In this document: positions 9,054 to 17,976 of the stretch, in pieces
How the letters are laid out: each line of letters opens with the position of its first letter
Numbering within the stretch: position 1 is the stretch's first letter
Sequence record: SRR16203515_1153
Length of the DNA stretch: 44,669 bases
Direction: 5' to 3' (one strand)
Translations under genes and position numbers: made by a program
The notes under the pieces: model-generated
Seen by the model: only the letters and a program-made list of their open reading frames with translations
What the model was told of the DNA's origin: nothing
The model's database searches: none

Positions 9054-9214
9054 TCGCCCCAATCCTCCTCAGTTTCTGGCGCTTCTGTCACCGTAGCCGG
9101 ATCAAGACCTGTGACCTCAAGTTCCGATCCACAATCAGTACATTCCAGTAGCTCGCCGATTACTGTACCTGCAGCAAATGAGATTTCAGCACCACAAACT
9201 GGGCATTCAGTCAT
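9050..9214 (-). CDS. lysW: LysW amino-group carrier protein (54 aa; missing from the ORF track)
   Basis: Manual translation gives [54 protein letters not shown]: two CxxC pairs, acidic, with the hallmark C-terminal EDWGE. TAAGGA RBS upstream. Confidence 0.97.
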   Translation of the reverse strand: MTECPVCGAEISFAAGTVIGELLECTDCGSELEVTGLDPATVTEAPETEEDWGE

Positions 9215-9289
9215 ATTCTTGTTTCCTTAATCATGTTGGAAAGGGCGGGTTAGCATGCCCTCGGGAATTGATTCCCTTAAAATTAGAAT

Positions 9290-9511
9290 TGTAATTTAAC
9301 TTACATCTCGAAACTAAAAAATAATTTTCAACTAAATCCATATATTTGATCGTGAAAAATAAACCGGGGGTCTCAGTTTGATGCTAAAGGCCTCGCGGCT
9401 TAAAAATATATTGCGCCTACTTTCAATAGGTTGATGAAACTTGACTACTCAGAAGAGATATTCCCGCGCTACCGCCTATTTTTTCTTGGATTTAGTTGTA
9501 ATTAACTTATA
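9290..9511. promoter_or_regulatory. AT-rich divergent control region with candidate TetR operators
   Basis: Near-palindrome TGTAATTTAACTTACA (9290-9305) and related TGTAATTAACTTATA (9497-9511) between lysW and the first tetR. Confidence 0.5.
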
Positions 9512-9549
9512 CTGAAACGCTAATATCCGATAAATTATTTAAGGCATTT

Positions 9550-10176
9550 ATGGCTTCAAAAAAAGGATCGGCACGAGCTCCGACCCGCAGACCTGGTATC
9601 GACCGATACGACAAGGTTTTGGGAGCGGCTGAGGAAATAATTTTAGAGAACGAGTCACTAGACGGCCTAACTCTCCAGGCGATCGCTGCGAAAGCAAAGG
9701 TACCAAGAGTCTCACTATATTATTTTTTCCCGTCGATCGATGCCGTGATTGAGGCACTTTACCAGCGTATTCTTACCCGACTGATAAGTGAACTTTCTCA
9801 GTCATTCACGAAACCCGATAAAGATTGGAAAAAGGTCATGACCCGACTCATGACCGAAGTCCGTAATCACTATCGCAAAAACACGTTAACTACCGTTTTG
9901 GCACTCACACCTCCCTCACCCAAAATGATCAACGAAGCCCATATTGTTTATGGAGAGGCTGTTGCAAGCATGTTAGTGGCTATATCGAGCGTACCCGCGT
10001 CCAAGAATTTGACAATGGGATGCGAAATAGCGGCCGAGATTGGTACAACGATTTTTCGAAAATCTTATCTAGAAAACGGAACAATTACTGATTCTTATTT
10101 GGCAGAAGCGCTCAACGCGGTTATCGCCTATCTTGACACGGTTATCAGCCCTAAGAAAGTCGCTAAAGTAAAATAA
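9550..10176 (+). CDS. TetR/AcrR family transcriptional regulator
   Basis: N-terminal HTH LTLQAIAAKAKVPRVSLYYFFPS; about 200 aa, helical. Confidence 0.9.
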   Translation: MASKKGSARAPTRRPGIDRYDKVLGAAEEIILENESLDGLTLQAIAAKAKVPRVSLYYFFPSIDAVIEALYQRILTRLISELSQSFTKPDKDWKKVMTRLMTEVRNHYRKNTLTTVLALTPPSPKMINEAHIVYGEAVASMLVAISSVPASKNLTMGCEIAAEIGTTIFRKSYLENGTITDSYLAEALNAVIAYLDTVISPKKVAKVK

Positions 10177-10260
10177 AACTTCTCCTCTCGAGATGGGAGA
10201 GGGTGGGATTGAGCCTGTCGGCCGGCAAACAAGTTTGTCTCCAAAATCTAAGTTAAGTGG

Positions 10261-10866
10261 ATGATGCAAGAAGAGAGAGTTATTCGAGCCGGGGTTAAGA
10301 GGCCCGGAATTGACAGATACAACGCTATCATTCGGGCGGCAGAAGCAATCATCACTGAAGAGCGCTCAATCGCGGAGTTATCCATTCAATCTGTTGCCCG
10401 CAGAGCTCGTATTCCCAGAGTCTCCGTTTACTATTTCTTTCCCTCGGTCAACTCACTAGTAGAAACACTTTATAAGCGAGGTGTGGAGCGGATGGCGACC
10501 GAGTTCTTAGGTGAGCCTCAATCTGAAACCACACAACTTTGGCCTAATTTTGTGGAGTCCCTGATGGATCAGACCCGGTCTCATTACGAAAAAAATCCGG
10601 TTACGATGATTCTGGCCTTTTCTCCCGCATCACTGACACTCCTTAATCAAGCTCATCAGCACTATGGAAAAGAGCTAGCACATACTTTGGCCCATTTCAC
10701 AGGTGATCAGGTTTCCGGGCGGTTGATTCGCTCCTGTGAAATTGCATCCGAGATCGCGGACTGCGTCTGGCGAAAATCGTTTATGGAACATCAGATTATT
10801 TTGCCTTCTTTTCATCAACAGGCCAAAAGTGCCGTTCTGGCTTATCTTAAGTCTGTTATCGGGTAA
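10261..10866 (+). CDS. TetR/AcrR family transcriptional regulator, paralog of the upstream gene
   Basis: HTH LSIQSVARRARIPRVSVYYFFPS. Shares RPGIDRY, CEIAxEI and RKS motifs with 9550..10176. Confidence 0.9.
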   Translation: MMQEERVIRAGVKRPGIDRYNAIIRAAEAIITEERSIAELSIQSVARRARIPRVSVYYFFPSVNSLVETLYKRGVERMATEFLGEPQSETTQLWPNFVESLMDQTRSHYEKNPVTMILAFSPASLTLLNQAHQHYGKELAHTLAHFTGDQVSGRLIRSCEIASEIADCVWRKSFMEHQIILPSFHQQAKSAVLAYLKSVIG

Positions 10867-10914
10867 GTCTTTTTGACACGATTTAGCGGTTGAAAAAAAT
10901 CAACTCGAAGGCCT

Positions 10915-10948
10915 TACAGGATGGGTTCGTGGCAGAACCCATCCTGTA
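10915..10948. terminator. Perfect 14-bp hairpin between convergent genes
   Basis: TACAGGATGGGTTC-gtggca-GAACCCATCCTGTA. There is no strong U tract, so it could instead be a stabilising or REP-like palindrome. Confidence 0.55.
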
Positions 10949-10958
10949 GCCGGTCAAT

Positions 10959-12431
10959 TTATCGGGGGAAATTAACTAACGAAAATTTGGTGTCGGGGTT
11001 AGGGTATTCCTTCAAACTTTCAACATATTGCCCCACGATCTTGAGGTACGGGGCGATCACCCAGGCTTCGGTCCCGATCTGGTTCATTTGCTCTCTCGGA
11101 TCACGAGCGATGTTAAAAATTGCCGGATATCCCATTCCTTCCATGCGATAACCATAGATCCCACCTGCTGACGGGTTGCCAGCAGACGTGATCATTTGCT
11201 TGGGATACATTCGCCAATTTCGCCAGCGAACGGCGGCGACTTCACCATCGATAAATGCAATGTAGTCTTCTCTCGCAGATTTATCAGTTTCTCCTTTGAA
11301 AAAAGGGAGCTGATTGCGGCCATCAATCGGCCGGTCATCGGGGAGACTATCGGATAATAGGGCGGCAAAAGTAGGAAGAAAGTCGTGAATGGCGACCATT
11401 TCATTACTTTTCCGGACCGGGATCTCTCCGGGCCACCGAATCATCCCCGGCACCCGCAATGATCCCTCTGTTGCATCGCCGATGTCGCCATTGAAAGGCC
11501 CAGGAGAGCTCCCCAGATAATCATGGTTAATTCCGTTACGATTCACCGGGCCGTTGTCAGAGAGGTAGACCACTATTGTGTTGTCCCGAATGCCAGCGTC
11601 ATCGATTGCGGATAGCACTTGACCTACACGATGATCATGCTCCATCAACATGTCTCCATAGCGCCCGGCGCTCGACAAGCCACGAAACTCTTCGGACGCC
11701 CCTTCGGGATAATGAACGTGGGACCAGCCAACATATAAAAAGAAAGGATTAGCCTGGTTGGCGTGGTCTTTTATGTAATTCCTGGCCGCATCAGCAATAT
11801 CGCCCTCTACTTTTCGACGATACTCTAGATCGTATTTCCGAACCTTTTGCAGGTTACCGCTGCCGTTGGATTCCCAAATATAAGGTCGACTTTTGCCAAT
11901 CACCCCCTCATCGCGGATGCCGCTTCGGCGCATTGATTCAGGGTAAAGCGTGCCGTCTGTTGTTTCGAGAATCCCGACCTTATACGTATCAAACCCCTGA
12001 TTAATGGGCAGACTTTGTTCTTCCTGACCGAGATGCCATTTGCCGGTCATCCCGGTTTGGTAGCCGTGCCTTTTAAAGAGTTCAGCTATCGTAAATTCTT
12101 CATCGGCCAGTGTCAGCGGTGTGCCAGCGACGATGATGCTGTTTAATCCCGAACGGACACTATACCGTCCGGTCATTAACCCCGCCCGCGAAGGTGTACA
12201 CCCGGGTTCAACAAAAAATTGTGTCAGCATCAATCCTTCAGACGCGAGTCCATCGATGTTCGGGGTAGGCATCCCCCGAACATCACCACCGCCATAGGCC
12301 CCGAGGTCGCCATAACCAAGGTTGTCAGACAACATTAGCACCACGTTTGGGCGATCAGACGCCCATCCGACCGATAGATAAAAAGTTAAAAGAAGTAGAC
12401 CAAAGATCTGCTTAACACAAGACGACGTCAT
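10959..12431 (-). CDS. Arylsulfatase (Cys-type formylglycine sulfatase), exported
   Basis: RPNVVLMLSDNLGYGD, CTPSRAGLMTGR, GKWHLG and SDNG. ATG 12431 has a GGAGG RBS and a signal peptide. Confidence 0.93.
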   Translation of the reverse strand: MTSSCVKQIFGLLLLTFYLSVGWASDRPNVVLMLSDNLGYGDLGAYGGGDVRGMPTPNIDGLASEGLMLTQFFVEPGCTPSRAGLMTGRYSVRSGLNSIIVAGTPLTLADEEFTIAELFKRHGYQTGMTGKWHLGQEEQSLPINQGFDTYKVGILETTDGTLYPESMRRSGIRDEGVIGKSRPYIWESNGSGNLQKVRKYDLEYRRKVEGDIADAARNYIKDHANQANPFFLYVGWSHVHYPEGASEEFRGLSSAGRYGDMLMEHDHRVGQVLSAIDDAGIRDNTIVVYLSDNGPVNRNGINHDYLGSSPGPFNGDIGDATEGSLRVPGMIRWPGEIPVRKSNEMVAIHDFLPTFAALLSDSLPDDRPIDGRNQLPFFKGETDKSAREDYIAFIDGEVAAVRWRNWRMYPKQMITSAGNPSAGGIYGYRMEGMGYPAIFNIARDPREQMNQIGTEAWVIAPYLKIVGQYVESLKEYPNPDTKFSLVNFPR

Positions 12432-12577
12432 GATTTCCTCCAAAATGTGAGCCTGAAGTTTTGGCAAGTTTAAAAGTTGACAGATGTTCAATAATAACGA
12501 AGATTGTTTTCAAGCGCTACAAGTTCGCCCAGACAATCCGACTGAGGGGAAAAGAACATTGAATCCGCGATACCACG

Positions 12578-12590
12578 TATAATCCGCGCG
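12578..12590 (+). promoter_or_regulatory. Candidate -10 box plus GC-rich discriminator for tRNA-Cys
   Basis: TATAAT followed by CCGCGCG about 50 bp before the tRNA. No well-spaced -35 seen. Confidence 0.4.
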
Positions 12591-12635
12591 AAGTTATTTT
12601 TCTACGTGTTATTTGACTAAACCGAAAGCTTCAGT

Positions 12636-12709
12636 GGCTGGGTGGCAGAGTGGTTATGCAGCGGCCTGCAAAGCCGTGGACGCCGGTTCGATTCCGACCC
12701 CAGCCTCCA
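12636..12709 (+). tRNA. tRNA-Cys(GCA)
   Basis: GGCTGGG/CCCAGCC acceptor stem, anticodon arm GCGGC-CTGCAAA-GCCGT, GGTTCGATTCC T arm, U discriminator and encoded CCA; 74 nt. Confidence 0.97.
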
Positions 12710-12749
12710 ATTTCGCCCCTGACAAAGCCGTTTCCGCCGGTGCCTGAAA

Positions 12750-15125
12750 TTGAGTGGACTTATCTCAATTAAACCCCTGACCAATACAGTCTCCACCCGG
12801 CGTCGTCGAAGCTTTGGGCGACGCCTATCGAAACGTGTTCAGATCCAAAGCTGTATAAAGACAGGAATACGGAGGAGTGTTGGACTCTCTCTAGCCCTTT
12901 TTTTAACAACGAATTTCTTTGCCCAGGCCGAATCGGAGTTTATGGGGTCGAAAAGTTGTCAAGGGTGCCACGAACAAGCCTTTGAGAATTGGCGAAATTC
13001 TCATCATGATCTAGCAATGCAGCCGGCATCTGAGGATACAGTGCTTGGCGATTTTAATGGCGTGGAGTTTGACTACCACGGATCGATAACGCGGTTCTCG
13101 AAAGACGATTCCGGATTTTGGGTGACCACTCAAGGCTCGGATGGAATACTCGAAAAATTTCCGGTGGAATATGTTTTTGGCGTCTACCCGCTACAACAGT
13201 ACCTCATTCCCCTCGAAGGCGGCCGGCTTCAGGCACTTACAATTGCGTGGGATGCGCGGCCTCAAACTGAAGGAGGGCAACGCTGGTATCACCTTTATCC
13301 CGATGAATTCATTAGTCATTCCGACCCGCTTCATTGGACCGGTCCGTATCATAACTGGAACGCCCGATGTGCCGAATGCCACAGTACCAATGTTCGCAAG
13401 AACTATAACCTCGAGACCGATAGTTATGACACGAGTTATAGCGAGATAGACGTTGGTTGCGAAGCATGCCATAGCCCAGGTCGCGCCCACATCGAAGCTG
13501 TCGAGCAGGGTAGAGTGGGTGAAGTCGAGCACGGTGGATTTGAAGTCAGCCTGAAAGGAAATATGTTTTGGGAGAGGTCCCCCGGTGCCAGTGTTGCAAG
13601 CAGTTCTAAGAAGGCCAGTCCAATGCAGATCGAGAACTGTGGACGGTGCCATAGCCGCCGGAGAACCTTAGGCGACTATCATTACGGTCATTCACTACTC
13701 GATACACATTCACTGGCGATGCTCTCCCCGCCACTTTATCACCCGGACGGACAGATTCTCGACGAAGTATATGTGTACGGCTCTTTCATCCAAAGCAAGA
13801 TGTATGATGCTGGTGTTGTTTGCACTAATTGTCATGAGCCGCATAGCAACCAATTGAGAGCGGAAGGCAATGGCTTGTGCGGCCAATGTCACGATGCGGA
13901 TCGGTTTGATACGCCAGATCATCATCGGCATTTGAGTCCAAGTGAGGGTGCTCAATGCGTTAACTGCCATATGCCTGAGCAAGTTTATATGGGGGTTGAT
14001 AAGCGTCGGGATCACAGCATGCGTATTCCCAGGCCCGACATCAGCATCCAAATTGGCAGCCCCAACGCGTGCATACAGTGTCATACCGGCCAATCCAATG
14101 AATGGGCGGTTAACGCGCTGTCGCAATGGGGTGTCGACAACACGGATACTGAAGCGCATATCGGAGTTATCTTTGACAATGCACGGAACGGTGACCCTAC
14201 GGCGCTTTCAAAGATTCACGATTTAGCTCTCGACCCTAACAATAACGCAATCTGGAGAGGTTCAGCGGCAGAAATGCTGGGTCAGCACAGGACCGAAGAA
14301 GCAGCGCCGGTTGCGAAAGAACTGTTAAATTCTTCAAACCCGCTTCTAAGAGTCAGTGCCGTGAGATTGGTTGAAAATCTCCCTCTCGTTCAGACATTTC
14401 GAATTCTTCGACCCCATTTAAATGAAACAAACGATTCAGTCATCATGGAGATCGCTCGGGTCCTGTCGGAAGTCCCACTGGCGCAACTCCCTCCTTCAGA
14501 CGCATCCGCACTTACGAGCATTTTCAAGCGTTACTTAAATATCCAGTCGGATCATTTAGATCTACCTTCGGTTCAGGTTCAGTTGGGAAATTTTTATTCC
14601 AAACGAGGCTATCCCGAGAGAGCAGAATCAGCGTATCGCGCAGCGATCAGAATCAATCCACAAGTGACAGGTGCCTACATCAATCTTGCCGATCTAAAAC
14701 GTTCTGAAGGTGATGATGTGGCGGCTGGTAAGATCTTACTTGATGCCGTTAGGCGTTTTCCGACCGACGCCGATATTCTCCACGCTCTGGGGTTATGGCA
14801 AATAAGAAGAAAGAACTACGATGCCGCGCTTGAGTTTTTGAAATCTGCGTCTGCCTATGCGTCCGATAACATTCAGTATCGCTATATCTATGCAGTCGCG
14901 CTTCATGACCTAGGCCAAGCTGATCGATCAATAAAAGAGCTAGAAGCGGCACTCAATCTTTCAGCTTACTCATCTAACATCCTTCTTGCGCTGGTCACTT
15001 ATTCACTTGAGTTGGACCGGTACCAACAGGCTAAGAAATATTCAGAGCGGCTGGTTTCATTGGATCCCCTAAATAATAGTTATCTCCGGCTTTATCAGGA
15101 TGTAAGCGCTATAAGTGACAACTAG
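12750..15125 (+). CDS. Multiheme (8 CxxCH) cytochrome c with C-terminal HEAT/TPR repeats; start uncertain
   Basis: CQGCH, CAECH, CEACH, CGRCH, CTNCH, CGQCH, CVNCH and CIQCH; signal-like segment ending AQA; TPR-like helices (AESAYRAAIRINP, AYINLADL, YRYIYAVAL). Confidence 0.88.
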   Translation: MSGLISIKPLTNTVSTRRRRSFGRRLSKRVQIQSCIKTGIRRSVGLSLALFLTTNFFAQAESEFMGSKSCQGCHEQAFENWRNSHHDLAMQPASEDTVLGDFNGVEFDYHGSITRFSKDDSGFWVTTQGSDGILEKFPVEYVFGVYPLQQYLIPLEGGRLQALTIAWDARPQTEGGQRWYHLYPDEFISHSDPLHWTGPYHNWNARCAECHSTNVRKNYNLETDSYDTSYSEIDVGCEACHSPGRAHIEAVEQGRVGEVEHGGFEVSLKGNMFWERSPGASVASSSKKASPMQIENCGRCHSRRRTLGDYHYGHSLLDTHSLAMLSPPLYHPDGQILDEVYVYGSFIQSKMYDAGVVCTNCHEPHSNQLRAEGNGLCGQCHDADRFDTPDHHRHLSPSEGAQCVNCHMPEQVYMGVDKRRDHSMRIPRPDISIQIGSPNACIQCHTGQSNEWAVNALSQWGVDNTDTEAHIGVIFDNARNGDPTALSKIHDLALDPNNNAIWRGSAAEMLGQHRTEEAAPVAKELLNSSNPLLRVSAVRLVENLPLVQTFRILRPHLNETNDSVIMEIARVLSEVPLAQLPPSDASALTSIFKRYLNIQSDHLDLPSVQVQLGNFYSKRGYPERAESAYRAAIRINPQVTGAYINLADLKRSEGDDVAAGKILLDAVRRFPTDADILHALGLWQIRRKNYDAALEFLKSASAYASDNIQYRYIYAVALHDLGQADRSIKELEAALNLSAYSSNILLALVTYSLELDRYQQAKKYSERLVSLDPLNNSYLRLYQDVSAISDN

Positions 15126-15502
15126 GGAGTCCGAGCGTCAAACACCTCTTTTGCCGCCAGAAGCGCGTTGGTTGCCGCTGGAAATCCGCAGTAATCGATC
15201 ATTTGGGTAATCGTGGCAATAATTTGATCCTGAGTTGCGCCTCGGTTCAGTGCGGCGTCAATATGGACTTTGAGCTGCGGAATGGCATACCCGAGCACCG
15301 TGAGTGCGCTCACGGTGATTAACTCCTGAGTCACCTGATCCAGCACCTTGTCTGTTTCCTTATATATATCGCCGTAGGCGAATTCAACATTCACCCGCGC
15401 GAAGAATGGCGAGATTGCTTCCAGCTTCGCGATATATTTCTCAGCATCTTCGCCAAGATGCTCTTTTAATTCTTCCATTCCGGCATCGTAACGTTTATTC
15501 AT
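15122..15502 (-). CDS. Carboxymuconolactone decarboxylase (CMD/AhpD-like) family protein
   Basis: VEFAYGDIY, ELITVSALTVLG, QLKVHIDAALNRG and YCGFPAATNAL. Confidence 0.88.
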   Translation of the reverse strand: MNKRYDAGMEELKEHLGEDAEKYIAKLEAISPFFARVNVEFAYGDIYKETDKVLDQVTQELITVSALTVLGYAIPQLKVHIDAALNRGATQDQIIATITQMIDYCGFPAATNALLAAKEVFDARTP

Positions 15503-15790
15503 ATCTGCTGTTCCCTGGGATTCCGTTAGATAAGGTTTGAGTGATTGTACCGCTCAGATCGAGTCAGGCATTAGCAGCAGGACTCTGGAAGCTCGTTCGG
15601 GAGCCCCGACCAAAGGGTGATCTATGGTTTTTGGCCGACTAGAGCCTAACTGCAGCGGGATGTTTCCTGGGGTCACTTGGCCCATGGTTAAGATCCAAAG
15701 TGAAATCTCGACCATCACTTTTCGTATCCGGATTGTAAGGAAAACGATAGACTAATTATCAAGTATTTATTCAACCTGATAGTCTCATCG

Positions 15791-16369
15791 ATGAATCACT
15801 TCATGCCAGTCAAGCAGTTTCCTATAAGGGGGTTAGCGTTATTGCTTATGTTTTTTTTAGTCTTCGCCGCTCATGGCCAAGACAACACCGAAAACATTTA
15901 TTTTGACCTACCTCCTGGTTTTGAAAAGGGCTTTGAGGAGAGCGATGACGCTTTTTTTATTCAGGAATGGGTGCCGAAGGGCGAATCAGTTAACGACTGG
16001 AGCGAGATGTTGACGCTCACTATTCAGAATATGCCCAATATCGATCCGGTTGAGTTTTTTAATCATATGGCAGATGGTTGGGAGGAGTCGTGTCCAGAGT
16101 ATGGCGGGATGTTGTTACATGAAGGGCTTGAAAACAATTATCCCGTAGCCCTCTGGTTCTTAAAATGCCCGAAAAATCCAATGACCAATAAGCCGGAATT
16201 CACATACATAAAGGGCATTGCTGGCAATGATAACTTTTATACGGTCCAGTTGGCTTATGCGCTGCGTTCTGACGAGATCACTGACTTGACGATAAATCGA
16301 TCAATGGCTTTTTTGAGGCAGGTTATCGTTTGTGACGACCGCAGGCCTCAGGCGCACGCTTGCGACTGA
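15791..16369 (+). CDS. Exported hypothetical protein
   Basis: Signal peptide (LALLLMFFLVFAAHG), EWVPKGESVNDWSEMLT and four Cys; isolated full-length ORF. Confidence 0.75.
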   Translation: MNHFMPVKQFPIRGLALLLMFFLVFAAHGQDNTENIYFDLPPGFEKGFEESDDAFFIQEWVPKGESVNDWSEMLTLTIQNMPNIDPVEFFNHMADGWEESCPEYGGMLLHEGLENNYPVALWFLKCPKNPMTNKPEFTYIKGIAGNDNFYTVQLAYALRSDEITDLTINRSMAFLRQVIVCDDRRPQAHACD

Positions 16370-16397
16370 GGTGACTTACTGTCTACTCTCGGTTTCG

Positions 16398-17477
16398 TTA
16401 TTCCACTTTCGAAATCAGAGGTGCGAGCCGATACCCCTCGGCTCGAACACGCTCAGAGGGGATGTAGTGGCGAACCACAAAATTAAAGACCCCCGTTTCG
16501 TTTGTAATTGGCACATTGTTGGCGGCATTCTCCCCACAACCGAAGCGCACGGTGTAAGTTCCATCCGTATTAGGGGAGGCAATATCTGAACTCATGTGCG
16601 CAACATCATTAAACATGAATCCCTTTTTGTCGTAGACGGTAAAAGACCAGAAAGCGCCATTGTTCGGATCTTCAAAGGTTGCTTCATAGCATCCCTTCGC
16701 AGGGTAGTCCGGTGAGCTCTCGTAAAGGTTATCCCTCAGTTGCGCGCCTCCCCAGCCTACCGCTGCTCCTACGGTGTATTTGTCAAAGGTATATAGCCCT
16801 CTTGAATCATCAGTAGGGGCGGTAAACATTCCTTGGGCTACATTACCTGGATCCGCGGTCACCAACTCTACTAACTTTTCCCGAAGGGAACGCTCAACAG
16901 CCTCAAAGGCATCTTTATCGACGGGCTCGGCCAAGAAAGGTTCGGCACTTGCCGCATCGATCACCATGGCATCCTGCAGCGCATTCGCTTCTTCCTGGCT
17001 CAGGGTGCTGTCCAGTCGGACAATCAAATAGAGGTGGCTTCCAAAGTGGGTTGCTAACTGGTAGGTGCCGCTCCCATAGGACATGGGCTGAATACGATGA
17101 TCCTCGGTTACCGGCTGCACGGAGATATATTTACCCTCCGGTACCGGTGGCAGCGTGATTGTCGCGCCTTTGGATATGTCGACCACCACAAAACTGTAAT
17201 AAGTATCCCTGTTCATACGCACAATCGGCTGATCGTCGGTGGGCGTTAATTTACGAGTATGAGCGAAAACGTTTACTTTGGCTCGTTTCTGCGCAAGCAA
17301 TAATTGGCGGGCCGTTTCGATTGTGGGGTAAGTCTCAGGCGTCGTTACCACGCCCCCTGACCTGAAAAATTTATCAACAGATGAGACAGGCTCGGCCCAA
17401 GCTGCGGAACCCACTAAAAGGTTACCGACCAATAGGGTGACGGATAAAAGCGGAAGCTTATTTTTTTGGATTTTCAT
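16398..17477 (-). CDS. DUF1254/DUF1214 family exported protein
   Basis: IVRMNRDTYYS, AFWSFTVYD, NTDGTYTVRFG and NFVVRHYIP. Signal peptide from ATG 17477. Confidence 0.85.
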   Translation of the reverse strand: MKIQKNKLPLLSVTLLVGNLLVGSAAWAEPVSSVDKFFRSGGVVTTPETYPTIETARQLLLAQKRAKVNVFAHTRKLTPTDDQPIVRMNRDTYYSFVVVDISKGATITLPPVPEGKYISVQPVTEDHRIQPMSYGSGTYQLATHFGSHLYLIVRLDSTLSQEEANALQDAMVIDAASAEPFLAEPVDKDAFEAVERSLREKLVELVTADPGNVAQGMFTAPTDDSRGLYTFDKYTVGAAVGWGGAQLRDNLYESSPDYPAKGCYEATFEDPNNGAFWSFTVYDKKGFMFNDVAHMSSDIASPNTDGTYTVRFGCGENAANNVPITNETGVFNFVVRHYIPSERVRAEGYRLAPLISKVE

Positions 17478-17826
17478 GTTATTCGAATTCAATAGTGATT
17501 TAGACCGTAATCTCTCCCAAAATACGGTAGAGATTATGCACCATCTGGACGCATGTTCGTCAATGATCCGTCTTGCCACCAATCCTCTAATCACTTTGAC
17601 GCCAGTCCTGATCAGGAGTCGAACGTCTTTTCCTAAAAAACAACCTCTGGATTTTTTACTCCTGATTAATCCAGAGGCTGGTCTGCTTGTATCACTCTAA
17701 GTCTTATCGTATTAAAATGCGCAGACCATGCGACTGCTTTGACAGTCAATTGTCACATTCAAGGCTACCGCTTGAATAAGAATGATGCAAAGAAGGCGTG
17801 CAAAAGGGCGTACAAAACCCTTTACT

Positions 17827-17835
17827 TGCTAGAAT
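17827..17835 (+). promoter_or_regulatory. Candidate extended -10 promoter for tRNA-Leu
   Basis: TGCTAGAAT (TGn-TAGAAT) 25 bp before the tRNA. Confidence 0.4.
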
Positions 17836-17860
17836 ATTAGTAATCTAGAGTCGTTTTACC

Positions 17861-17947
17861 GCCCGGGTGGCGAAACTGGTAGACGCAAGGGACTTAAAAT
17901 CCCTCGAGGGAAACCTCGTGCCGGTTCGAGTCCGGCCCCGGGCACCA
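17861..17947 (+). tRNA. tRNA-Leu(TAA)
   Basis: GCCCGGG/CCCGGGC acceptor stem, AGGGA-CTTAAAA-TCCCT anticodon arm, long variable arm, GGTTCGAGTCC T arm and ACCA end; 87 nt. Confidence 0.97.
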
Positions 17948-17976
17948 TTAGGTCGAACGTGGACCGGTCCTCAGTT

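Noticed and set aside
9054-9062. ORF-track start of lysX at 9062
   Set aside because: It lies inside the lysW WGE codons; the GTG at 9053 gives a GTGA coupling and a normal N-terminus.
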